A stretch of DNA of 50,348 nt, filler included, from Bipalium vagum (Eukaryota): the NCBI GenBank assembly GCA_037834085.1. It is 2 parts of 2 records of this genome, joined end to end, with 100 filler letters (N's around TTAATTAATTAA, not from the genome) between each part and the next. Parts side by side here need not be neighbours in the genome. Positions count along the whole stretch, not along the records: positions 1 to 28,382 come from JBBMKC010053594.1; 1 more part is not named here. One strand, given 5' to 3'. A program made the position numbers and the translations under genes. The notes under the pieces are model-generated. The model ran no database searches. It was given only the letters and a program-made list of their open reading frames with translations, and had not been told where the DNA came from. Positions 14,801 to 24,759 of this stretch are shown here, in pieces. Every line of letters starts with the position of its first letter. Within the stretch, counting starts at the first letter, position 1.

Positions 14801-17800
14801 ACGGTAATCTATTACTTCTCGATGTTTCCATTTTGAAATAAAAATTACCATCAATAGAAAATTTAATAGAATAGCTTCTAATTTTAAATATTGACACGTG
14901 AGATAGTTCCCTTAAAAATGGTGATAACGTCGATGAAGAACGCAGCAAAATGTGTGAATTAATGTAATCTGCATAACGCTCTGATCATTGACAATTTGAA
15001 CGCTAATTTTCTGTATGGCAATAAAAAATTCAATTAGTCTAGTTTAAATAGATTGCCCATAAAAATGAAATTTGATAAGCGACATAAATATTGATAATTT
15101 CTGTAATCAACATTAAATACTTAATTAGCAAACAGATTTACGCATAATAGTGAGTGAAAATTCTTGTTGCAAAAGGATGTAAATAAATAATATTAAATAA
15201 TACATTAATTACTACTATTATTATAAATTCAGGTGTCAAAGTAAGATATAAATTGACAGTAGGTGACATTTTATTACATAAGATTTGTATATCCAGAGTA
15301 GTAAGTGATTCAGATGTATTTCGATTTATACTCTTCAAATTAGTTATCAAGCATTAAAATAAAAAAGAATTACAAAAGCATCAACTTCCTAAAAAGTTTT
15401 TTCTAAAATTCATAAATTAAATTCACTAATTACATAAATTATTGTTTTATAATTTAATTAAAATAAAGTTGAAATTGATTCTTATTATTTCTTATGAAAA
15501 TTATTTATATTACAGTTTTCATTAACTTTCTTTCATTTCTTTTATTTTATTATCTTCAAATTATATCAATTATTAAAATATTAATTTGTACTTTTGAAAA
15601 ATCTTTTATTTTCAACAACTTTTAAATCTCTTAGGATCTCAATTTATAATATTTTATTGAACTCTTTAAAAAGTGTAAGCCATCCGAAATTATAAAATTT
15701 CTATTTTTATGAATACTATTAATGATATTTACACAATAGGAATAAAATGACATAAAAATATCATTTCTGATAGTATTTGATTTGTCACATTATTCATATT
15801 TCTAACACTTCTCACAATTTTACAATTACAAAACTGAAACAGTATTTATCTTTGTAAACTTAATCAATGACTACAACAATTGAACTAATCAATATAATAC
15901 AAATTATTATATTGTTTTGAATCTAACAATATATCACGAAACCGATAGTCGATTGTTAGACTGCTTTAATTCTTATGTTTCATACAAATAATTCGATATT
16001 CCTATCGAAATTCTTATCGGAAAGATAAATTACTTTGATCAATTGATATAAATTTTGTTTATTTTGAGAATAAACTATTTTGTTATATATGTTGAGAACA
16101 AAATTTTTCTAAAAATTTATTATCATTATCTCTTTTTCTTGATGGAATTTTGAATTTTCGTTATCAGATGTTTTGTGGGATGTGGCTTCCCAACGATTCT
16201 AAAACTATTGTACATAATTGAGCCCAAAAATCTTCAATATGACGAGCCTTAAGAATTTTTAGACGGATTGTCTGATTTTGTACCACTGTCTTCTAACCAT
16301 TTTAATGTTTCCTTTGAATAATCGTGAAAACTTGTTAAGTCAGGTTAGAAGATAATTTCATCTTCTTTGTGGTTTTCTGTAATGGATGTTTTTAATTTCA
16401 TAAGGCATCTATTATATTAATATTAACGTAAACGTTTGATTTCATTATTGTGTTCATGAGTTCTTTTTTGTACAACTGCGACATCTTTTTTTCAGAAATT
16501 GCTACCCAAACAAATACCCTGGGTTCAAATTTATCTTTGGAAGCAGATTTAACACGATCTGAAACACTTTCATTGTCATCAGCATAATATCCTATATTTT
16601 GTATTGCATTACCACATGCAAAAGTGGAAATATACATTGGAACTTGAACTTATGATATTTTACTACACATTTTAACAAACTTCGACACCCAGTTTCTTTA
16701 AAAATTTCATATCTACTATTAAGAAAATGATTGAATCGTCAGATTTTACTATAAGCATCTTTATTCAAATTACATAACTGTTTTTTATTTATATGATAAT
16801 CATTTATTTTAAAAAATTTTATGGCTAAATCTATGATATATGTCTAAAAAACACGGCAATGTAATTCTAAAAAATCGTGCTGGTAAAAGAAATCCTATGA
16901 TAACGCCAAGAATATTTTATATTTTTGAAAAAAAACTAGTAGAAGGAGATGCATACATAACTCTGAAAATAATTCAGTTAAAGATTTCTGAAATAGAACA
17001 AGTTGATTTAACTTCTACAAGCAATGTCCTAAAGCGATTAAAAATTACCTTAAATTGTGCTTCAAAGGAAATTTTCAGAAATTTGCTTGTAACTTTAGAG
17101 GAAAGAAACGTTTTTCTAGTCAAGCACGTGATGAGAGAGAAAGAATTATTTTTATTGACGAATTGGGTTTCAATTATCATTTTCAAAGAACTAAGTCACG
17201 CTTTAAGTCAACACCTTCGCCTAACAATAAGAGGGCGTAATATTTCTTGCAGCCATAAACATACAAGGTGTAATATTTAATCAATGTGATTTCTAATAAT
17301 TTTTGTGAAATTCTTCGAGGACTATTTAATGGATTTTCTAAAAAAAATCTGGATGATGCTTGGTTAATTTTGGATAACGCTAGAATTCACAAAACTGTAG
17401 AAGTTCGAGATCATTTGAAATAATTCAGGACATAAGTTAATTTTTTACCACCTTAATCCCCAATGATGAATCAAATTGAAGAGGTATTTTCAAAGATAAA
17501 GTTGAGTGCACGAAATATATTAGACGACCATACAAGAAAGGAGATCTTAAAGGATGTAATACAAATATCAGTTAACACAGTAACCGAAATGGATTGTAAA
17601 AAATAATACATGAATATGAACAGAAAACTACCATCAGCTGCTGTGGAAAACCAACTTTTATGTCTAATGCAGTGTAATGTTTTATTAATATATTACTATA
17701 TTAATTAAAATTATATTTTATTATTATTTATTATACTACTTTTTCTGTTTTTATTTAAAATTTTAGAAAAAGATTATTTTGAAATGTAAAAAATTTAAAT

Positions 17801-19724
17801 TGATCTGTAAAAAGTTTAAATTGGAGTGAAAAACCTGTATTTAAACAAATAAGAAGTAAAAAATATTGTGTAACTGTCTATCCCGGAAATTTATCTACTT
17901 CGGGAAAAATTTTTTTGGTTCCTTCCAATTCCAGCTTTGACAAGTCTCACTGTGCTTATATAAAAAAATTTAAATGTGTTAGTGCATAAAAAACATATAT
18001 AAACGAAATCATAATTTTATGCATTTACTTTATTGATACAAGTTACAAAGTAAAGTTATTTGACGACGATATTATTAATTTACCTATCTTTTTTAAAAAA
18101 TATTTTCGAAAACAGCTTTTTTCCAACACAATATCTGTATAGATCAGGACCATACAGCCAACATTTCTCAAGTTTTAAAATTCACTTTATTTAGCAACAT
18201 TTATTTATAATATTCATCAAGAGGCGTTTATTCCATTCACATCTTCAGTCTTTGGTTAAAATTTTCGATAATGTTTTTATGACCTACTGAAATATCAATG
18301 TATTTTATCTGACCTACAAAATTACCAATGTTTTTTGACCTGCAATAAAAAACCAATTTCAATAATAAAAAGGATAAAATTGACAACCAACAATTATATT
18401 TTTATTAACAAATTCATAGTTTCTTCAAACCTATCATGGTATTGTAACCACATTGTTATTGCAGCTTTCGACATTCTGAGTGTGGACATATTCAACAAAC
18501 AGATATTTATGAAAAACCGATTCATATGTTTTGTTTAAGTCACGATATACTCTTGTCTCATCAACTTCCTTGTCTAACTTTTATGTATATAATTCGAAAG
18601 ATAGAATTTTGGTTCTGTCATCTATCATTTCCGCATATAATTTCGCAGGGTTGCAGCTCTAAATCTGCTATTACTATGCCCCAAGATTACTTAGATGGAC
18701 CCCTTCCTCAATTAGGTTTAACCTTGTGGTTTAACATCTCGGCAATCTGAAATATTTTATTTAGACCACCTAACAAGATAGGATTACTATCATAATATTT
18801 TCTACTAGTTTGACTCGTAATTTGATAAGAACTGACCTATAAATTTGTAAAAAAAATAATTTTGAATTTTTTTGCTCATTAAAGTTTGTTTGATGCTTTT
18901 TAATTATAAATAGTTTACAAAATATACATTTTTATTGTTCTTTCTTATTGATCTTTCATTTTATTTGATAAAATTACCAGATTCATTTTAATACATTAAA
19001 AATTTTATCATATAAAAGTATTCTTTGCTTTTTTTAAATTCAACATGAAAAACTTATATTTCCTCAGCCAAGCCTTGTTACCGATGAAACCATTCAAGCT
19101 GCCTTTTTAAACACGTCTTCCTTTGAAGATGGAACGATAAAAAGTCACCGTGTTCCTTCCAACTTACAAATATTCACATCAAATGATAATCACCATCAGA
19201 ATAATCACAAAACCACTAAAAATAATAATTACAACATTGAAAATAATTTGAAAATTGTATGGACGCGATTTCACTTTTTTGTTTCTGGAAACGTTTTTTC
19301 TGATTCATTCAACGAGGAGCCCGTGGACGTAGAAGACTTAATTCGGAAAGCTGCAATCTGTTTCTGTCAAACGTTATATGGTTACGTAGATATTTTAAGA
19401 GAAATGGGTCTGGTGAACATCAATCTTCGGGTAACAATGAATAGCGAGACTGTAACTGTGATGACCGGCTGCTCCAAAAAATTCCTGTATTCCGCACTGA
19501 CACCAGATCAAAGCCCCTCAGACGAGCCGGACTCTAACCCAAATTCTTATATTTCTTCAAAAATGGGAAACTCTCGAAAATTCCACTCATTGTCATTGTG
19601 TAAACTTCCTGACATTTGCCTTGAATCTTTGAATGAAGTCTTTGTACCATTTCTTTATTCTCTAGTTGCACAAATTCGAACGGGTACAATCACTACAGAA
19701 TTAGAATTTCATATTATCGATTAA
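2800..19724 (+). CDS. ZFYVE9: SARA/endofin-family zinc finger FYVE domain protein, spliced CDS join(2800..2863,2984..3637,4041..4361,4698..4922,4976..5131,6898..7236,9838..10694,19068..19724), about 1090 aa
   Basis: N-terminus MEKFVTDLDKLLDEFE resembles the SARA/endofin LDK(L/V)LD(E/D)FE start. FYVE motifs WxxD, RRHHCRACG and RVC are present. C-terminal region matches SARA/DUF3480 (GILVHRWELAWAKILPLRL, ACFSREADSHLVC, VTGA, IVED, LRVT, ELEFHII). All 7 introns are GT..AG with consistent phase, and the total of 3273 nt is divisible by 3. ZFYVE9 versus ZFYVE16 cannot be resolved; it is likely a single invertebrate co-ortholog. Confidence 0.92.
2984..3637 (+). CDS. ZFYVE9: SARA-like exon 2, Asn/Ser-rich and probably disordered
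   Basis: Lies within ORF 2965..3708; acceptor TTATTTCAG|, donor G|GTAAAT, phase 1 on both sides. Confidence 0.82.
4041..4361 (+). CDS. ZFYVE9: SARA-like exon 3, FYVE zinc finger
   Basis: LGKKEPTWIKD...CMQC...FTMFRRRHHCRACGRLLCGKCC...RVCAVC; acceptor TTTTATTCAG|, donor A|GTTAGT. Confidence 0.95.
4698..4922 (+). CDS. ZFYVE9: SARA-like exon 4, containing KSVIFFDGIRPGGDL (PP1-docking region)
   Basis: Resembles SARA RVWFADGILPNGE; acceptor ATTTCAG|, donor A|GTATGT. Confidence 0.85.
4976..5131 (+). CDS. ZFYVE9: SARA-like exon 5 (..SRIITPTKY..KNFLPPSVIEYKQ), not in ORF track
   Basis: Open frame after a 53-nt intron (acceptor TTCTAG|); LPP motif at the expected position; donor A|GTGATG is weak but phase-compatible with exon 6. 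Confidence 0.7.
6524..6547. repeat. (TA)12 microsatellite
   Basis: Read directly from the sequence. Confidence 0.9.
6898..7236 (+). CDS. ZFYVE9: SARA-like exon 6, start of conserved C-terminal region
   Basis: NLHIHLEII...CWYFASIGLETIGCEEVVIILK...PIEIFQYY resembles SARA NLLSMVKIV...CWCFTTKGMHAVGQSEIVILL; acceptor CTTCAG|, donor G|GTAAAT. Confidence 0.88.
7483..8754 (+). mobile_element. Degenerate full-length mariner (DD34D) transposon in intron 6
   Basis: TIRs TTAGGTTGTAAAGTTCAAAATCCAACT and AGTTGGATTTGCTTTACAACCTAG; ATG 7677 MNTEEIHIRHCLIYEF; IVTGDEK, MSVWWD, HDN, HPAYSPDIVPSDYHLF; stops and frameshifts. Confidence 0.93.
9838..10694 (+). CDS. ZFYVE9: SARA-like exon 7, conserved C-terminal/DUF3480 region
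   Basis: Overlaps ORF 9855..10751; acceptor TTTTATAATAG|, donor AGG|GTAAGG (phase 0). Confidence 0.93.
10833..12033 (-). mobile_element. Degenerate mariner transposon in intron 7
   Basis: Imperfect TIRs (GGTTTTCAAATTGAAAGTT and AACTTTCATTTTGAAAACC); minus-strand WFDRFRNGDLSFE, IVTGDENW, YSTDIASSDYY. Confidence 0.88.
13540..14579 (-). mobile_element. Internally deleted mariner transposon in intron 7
   Basis: TA-flanked TIRs TTAAGTTTTTCGGAAGGTTACT and AGTAACTTTCTGAAAAAATTAA; minus-strand LDWGVLPHAPYSPDLAPSDFHLFRSMQHSL. Confidence 0.9.
14928..15003 (+). pseudogene. 5.8S rRNA fragment (orphan pseudogene) in intron 7
   Basis: CGTCGATGAAGAACGCAGC-AAAA-TGTGTGAATTAATGT-AATCTGCATAACGCTCTGATCATTGACAATTTGAACGC is colinear with the conserved 5.8S core (CGATGAAGAACGCAGC, GAATTGCAG-like and TTTGAACGC motifs). 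The 5' end is eroded and no flanking 18S end or 28S start is recognisable. Confidence 0.85.
16180..16640 (-). mobile_element. Tc1-like transposase relic, DD37E (ITmD37E)-type
   Basis: Minus-strand KFEPRVFVWVAISEK, IF*PDLTSFHDYSKETLKWLE, ARHIEDFWAQL resemble the FWPDLASxHY and RPIExFW motifs of DD37E elements; boundaries approximate. Confidence 0.75.
16820..17680 (+). mobile_element. IS630/Tc1-like DD34E transposase relic
   Basis: IIFIDELGFN, then LILDNARIHK...FLPP*SPMMNQIEEVFSKIK with 34 codons between D and E; several stops. Confidence 0.85.
17881..17952. mobile_element. Solo pogo/Tigger-like terminus
   Basis: Reverse complement begins CAGTGAGACTTGTCAAAGCTGGAATTGGAAGGAACC, a pogo-type CAGT terminus; no partner TIR found. 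Confidence 0.35.
18300..18800 (-). mobile_element. Merlin (IS1016-like) transposase relic in intron 7
   Basis: Minus strand with frameshifts: LLGGLNKIFQI..MLNHKVKPN*GRGP..WGIVIAD..KVRQGS..DETRVYRDL..VFHKYLFVEYVHTQNVESCNN; HTQNxES is a Merlin/IS1595-family hallmark; boundaries approximate. Confidence 0.78.
19068..19724 (+). CDS. ZFYVE9: SARA-like exon 8, end of DUF3480, stop TAA
   Basis: Acceptor TTTCCTCAG| is phase 0 and in frame with ORF 19248..19724; KIVWTRFHF, AAICFCQTL, LRVTMNSE, ELEFHIID*. Confidence 0.9.
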   Translation, partial: PSLVTDETIQAAFLNTSSFEDGTIKSHRVPSNLQIFTSNDNHHQNNHKTTKNNNYNIENNLKIVWTRFHFFVSGNVFSDSFNEEPVDVEDLIRKAAICFCQTLYGYVDILREMGLVNINLRVTMNSETVTVMTGCSKKFLYSALTPDQSPSDEPDSNPNSYISSKMGNSRKFHSLSLCKLPDICLESLNEVFVPFLYSLVAQIRTGTITTELEFHIID

Positions 19725-20282
19725 ATCAGGGTAAGAGAATTTCTATATTATTTTTTTATATCAAGTAATTATTTTCCCGCCATTTTATTTTTCAAACAAG
19801 ATAACAGAGGGTCGCGGGTAATTAATTCCAATTAATTTCCAAGTGACTTATTGTTGTATTCCGGACTGATTAAATCATTGATTGTAAAATTATTGGTAGT
19901 AAAATCAATAATCTACAAAAATTTTTATTTAATTGTTTATTGTATTCACTTATGAATTATTAACTGAAAACAATAATAATAAAACCATTTATAACGAATC
20001 ACTTATTTTTTAATAATAATTCATCTCTTCTGTCGTCCTTGAGAATTACGCAATAAAAGTGTTCACATCATATTCACGTCATATCAAACGAAAAATTGAT
20101 TCCTTTTCAGACTTTATTTACTGAATGATTATTTATGGCTTCACAAATGTGCTAGATTGAAATTCAATAACGTGTGTCAAATAATTTTGATCTTGTGATA
20201 CACATATGATAGACTGAGACAACTTTTGTTAAGTCACAAAATAACTTATACGCTTTAACTTTAAAGTCATCTATAATTTCCC

Positions 20283-20283
<1 letters not shown>

Positions 20284-20355
<72 letters not shown>
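20284..20355. repeat. (TTA)24 microsatellite
   Basis: Perfect trinucleotide run, read directly. Confidence 0.95.
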
Positions 20356-20356
<1 letters not shown>

Positions 20357-21392
20357 GCTTTGATTGACGTAATTAAATTGTCACATTGAAAAACAATATT
20401 TTTCGAAAAAATGACAATCAATCTAGAGATTTCGGTTATATCGCGCTTCTCGTTCTTGAGTAAATAATAATTAAATCAGTTCAATTTTCTTTTCTGGAAA
20501 TTTATTGTTGGGAAATTTTTTCACTCCTCAATTCCAATAATAAGCTCAGAAACAATTACGTTTGTCTGCCTGTCATCATGCTGTTTGAGAGCGAGGCAAT
20601 TGACAAAATAATTTTTCTTTCTTAGGAATCAGATAATATTATGGTAGATTTATTTAAGGAATTTTACATCCGTGACCTTTTGTCCACAGCTAGTGATCAT
20701 TCAAACTTGGAGCTCTCAAAACTTACTTTGACTGATAGGGAGAATTTTTAAAATTTATAAATCCATGTGAGGAATATTTTTATTGTTATCTATCACTATT
20801 TGAATTTATCAATTACTTAATTTAGAAGAAATGGATTAATTATATTGTTAATTTTTATTTATAAAATTTTCAAATGAAACTCTTGTTCCAATTTCTATCA
20901 ATCAGTAGAAAATAAGGTGTTTTTTATTGAGAGTAACCTAAAATAAAGCACAATATTTCTGTTTTCTTTTTTAAAACATGAGTAAAGGTGAAAACTTAAA
21001 TAATCGATTTTTCTACATAAAATATCGATCAAAGATTTCTAACTGATATTCTTCATTTAACATAATTGTTAAAAAAATTTAAATGAAATTTGTCGTTGAT
21101 ATTTGAAAAAATTTTACCAAACCTTTTATAGTTTGTATAAAATTAATATGATTTGCTATTATTGTATGATTTGATTGACTTTTAAATCCTAAAAATTATT
21201 CAGACAAGAAATTAATTTTGTAACAAAATCCTATAATTTACTTTAGATACATGAAACACATATAACAACATAAAAAGCACTTTTAATTATTACGTGTTTT
21301 GAAAAATAGCTCTGGTTGACGAAGGGGCAGACATTGAATATTGGTATCTATTTATGGCTGATGTAAATAAAATGGGTTCACATTTATAGTTA

Positions 21393-22676
21393 CGTGGTTC
21401 GTTCAATAATGCTTCAGACTAACTAAGAAAAAAACACAAAAAACTGAAACAACTTTTATTGAACTACTTGAAGTACTAGTTCGAAAAACACATTTAATTA
21501 TTTTTCTATATAACTACCATTGGTAGCAAACAGCTTATTCCATCGAATAACCAAATCTTTAAATACATCAGCATAAAAATGTCCAGGAAGCTCTGTAAAC
21601 AACTGTTCAACAAATTACTGGAGTGTATCTGATGTCTCAAAATGATGGCCACTTAATGCTTTCTTGAACAAAAAGAAATCGCTTGGAGCAAGGGCCGGGT
21701 TGTAAGCTGGATGTTGAAGAAGTGCAAAAACCACTCTTTTCTGTTGAATATCGTGCAACATTGCTTGCATGGACAGGAGCATTATCAACAAGGAGCCAAA
21801 GCGGAATATTTCTTGATTTCCGTTTCTTTGCACGGCATTCCTCAATTTGGCATAGTATTGACGATTTATTGTTTGTCCATTAGGCAAGAAGTCTAGATGA
21901 ATGACTTCACTTTTGTCCAAAAACACTGAGAGTATCAGTTGTTTTCAATGTGAGGTGCCACTTATCATCTTCGGAGGAGGTTTCTCTTCCACATGTCTCC
22001 ATTCAGATGAATACCGTTTGGTTTCAGGTAAGTATAAGGAAAGAGGTATCTCGTCCTCAGTAACAATATTATTAATAAATGCATCACCGTATTGATTCAA
22101 AAGTTGCAAATTTGACAATGTGCAGTTGAGGCGCATTTCCTTCATGTCAGGAGACAGAAACTTTGGAACAAATCGTGAGCATAATTTGTAATAGCCTAAT
22201 TTCCCAATGTTGTGACAACTGCCAACACTTAATTTAAGTAATTCAGGAATTTCACCCACCTTTCAGCTCGAATAATCGTCTCACATTGCGTAATTTTCTG
22301 ATTAGAAATTTCAGTTGCTCTGCCAACATTGGAATAATCCTGGTGCTCTTTTTCACGACCATGCTTGATAAACGATATCCAACGATATATTGTGGATCTA
22401 GAAGGACATTTGTTGCCATATGCAATTACCATATCATGAAACATTACATCAGACGACTTCTTTAAAAGCACATAGAATTTTATCACACTTCTGTATTCCA
22501 TCTTATCCATTTGACAAAAAATGAAATGTTAGTTAGTTTATGATTATGCGTCAGCCATTCAGATTATTTAATTTATGAATATAAACAAACATACGTGTAG
22601 GTGTTCAAGCCAATTGGCTTGATTGGTTTATCATGTTTTTTCTTAGTCAGTTCGAGGCATTATTGAACGAACCACG
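21393..22676 (-). mobile_element. Full-length, frameshifted mariner transposon (irritans-like)
   Basis: TA-flanked TIRs of about 44 bp, CGTGGTTCGTTCAATAATGC...CTAAGAAAAAA, on both ends; ATG 22510 MDKMEYRSVIKF, SRFVPKFL, IVTEDE, HPAYNPALAPSDFFLF across ORFs 22229..22510, 21945..22259 and 21615..21926. Confidence 0.95.
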
Positions 22677-23379
22677 TATATTTAAGTTTTTAACTAAATC
22701 TTTTTACCTTTTATTATTAATTCCAGCACTTAAAATCTGTTCAAATGCAAATTAAATAAAATAATCTGATTTTTTATTTTACTTTTAACTGTTATTCTAA
22801 TTTATTTTTCTATTACATTTACTTAACTGAATTTAATAATTATTTCCTTTAAATTCGAATTTTGAATACAGAAAATATTTGAGAAATATTCTTAGAAATT
22901 ACGTTATATATTTATAATGTAATTTTCCGACCTCGAGCCAATGAAAGATATTCGATTGTAAATAAATGTACTATGTTGAATGTCTTTAGATTCTAAATAC
23001 CATTTTTAAATTTATTAAAGAATGAATTATCTTTAATAGAATATCTTTTACACAATCTTTGAATCAAAAGAAAGATTTTAGAAAAATTGTAGAATTTGTT
23101 GAATTATTTATTTGCTAGTTTTAAGAAACTAACTTTTTATATCTGAATTAGATTAAGATATAATCATAAAAGTATGTTACACTATTATCACAATAAACAT
23201 GGCAAAATAAAACGTCTTTTACTTGAAGTCCGGATAGATGTTTCATAGGAAAAAATATCAATAAGTGGGTTGAAGGAAATTGTAACGATCATCAAGGATG
23301 ATGTTTTATCTCATATTTTGATAAGATTATGAGAGATAAAATATTTCTTCTGGCGTTTTGATTGGGGAAGTGTTAGAAT

Positions 23380-23972
23380 TTCTCAAGTAATGAGTCATTA
23401 CGATTGTCTCTAAACATATTCTTAAGGCTATAGAAGATTCTTTCTATATCGGATGTTATGCTTTGACATTTCCTCGGTAAACATATTCCCATGGTGATAT
23501 TTCAGGTCTAGAACCATTAATGATGTCTGTGATCTCATTAGCAAGGAATAGATTTTCCAATAGTTTTGAAAAGATTTCATTCTTTAATTTCTAAAGTGGA
23601 ATATCCGTATAAACGAAAGACCTCACGATATCGTTTTTGAAATTGTCATTTGAATTGTTTCTTTTAATCATGATTTCACTCCATTTTTATGCTTAGCTGC
23701 ATTTCGATAGGTTTCAATAAAAAACGATTCGAATGTGATAAAATGTATCACAAAATTTGCAATAGATTTTATTATCCTCAGTTCTTACGAATTCAGAACT
23801 ACAGTTTTAAATTATTTTCTGCGTTTTGACATCAGATTATACAATTCTAGGCATCTAAAGACTTCCAATTATTAAAAAAATATTTTGACTTAATTTTATT
23901 AAAAATTTGATTTTTGATATTTTTTTACTTAATTGGTCAATTTTTTGCTTTTATTGACTTTTGGGGGCACTA
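23380..23972 (-). mobile_element. Internally deleted hAT-like (CGGBP1/hAT19-like) transposon relic
   Basis: Minus strand: CKFCD...AAKHK...FKNDIVRSFVYTDIPL*KLKN (N-terminal zinc-finger region) close to ITSDIERIFYSLKNMFRDNR (C-terminal xSxDVERxFS motif); candidate terminus TAGTGCCCCCAAAAGTCAA at about 23972. Confidence 0.6.
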
Positions 23973-24289
23973 ATGATGATCAAAAACACTGCTCTTTTAC
24001 CATTGTTTGACCACTAGAAAAATGTTTCACAATGACAAAGTATCTGATAATTTAATTGTGACCAATCATAAATCTGAAAAACACATCAATCATAAAAAGA
24101 CAATATAAAGATACCATTGAGAACTGAGGGACAGAAGTAGTCACCTGAACAAATATGTGGTCGATCTTGCCTGAAATCCAAAAACATAACGATCATTTGA
24201 GAATACTAATCTTATTTAACAAATGCAATATCAATGGAAACAACATATTTTAGGTCGTTTCATAAGTCTTTACGGTTTTTCATATAGTA

Positions 24290-24722
24290 TTATTACCGAT
24301 TGATTGGTTGTCGTGGAAGCTTTTCGTGCATTACATATATTTCTCGGATATTCATCTCGACAGTACTGGTCTCACCAGATTTCAGAAAGCTGTGATGGAA
24401 GAGGTTAGATGCGGTCCACAAAATAATAATAATCTTTTCAGGTGTGATGTTGGCTTTGAAAACTGTCGTGGAGACTCACTAAATTTTTCAGGCTATCTAC
24501 TTGTGGTTCGTTTAAAAATATCTTGATCACCAGATGTCTGAATTATTGCAACAAAATTATCTGAATTTCTGGTTTTGATGGCATTTCTAAAATGACTAAC
24601 AAATTTAATTAAATTGATGCAATTAAATAACTAACTACTTGATTTTTAAACAGAAAACGCGCTTTTAAATTGTATAAAATTATAAGAAACATTGGACGGA
24701 CATTATTGTTACACCAACCTAA
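24290..24722 (-). mobile_element. Mariner fragment (cecropia/Hsmar1-like)
   Basis: TIR reverse complement TTAGGTTGGTGTAACAATAATGTCCG followed by TA; minus-strand KIIIILWTASNLFHHSFLKSGETSTVE..MHEKL..INR. Confidence 0.75.
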
Positions 24723-24759
24723 TATTATTCAAACGATTTATCTACAACTACTGACAATG

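Noticed and set aside
15992-16030. Adjacent small hairpins (TTCGATA-ttcc-TATCGAA and TTATC-ggaaa-GATAA)
   Set aside because: Short AT-rich stems expected by chance; no Helitron-type CTRR end or RNA family features
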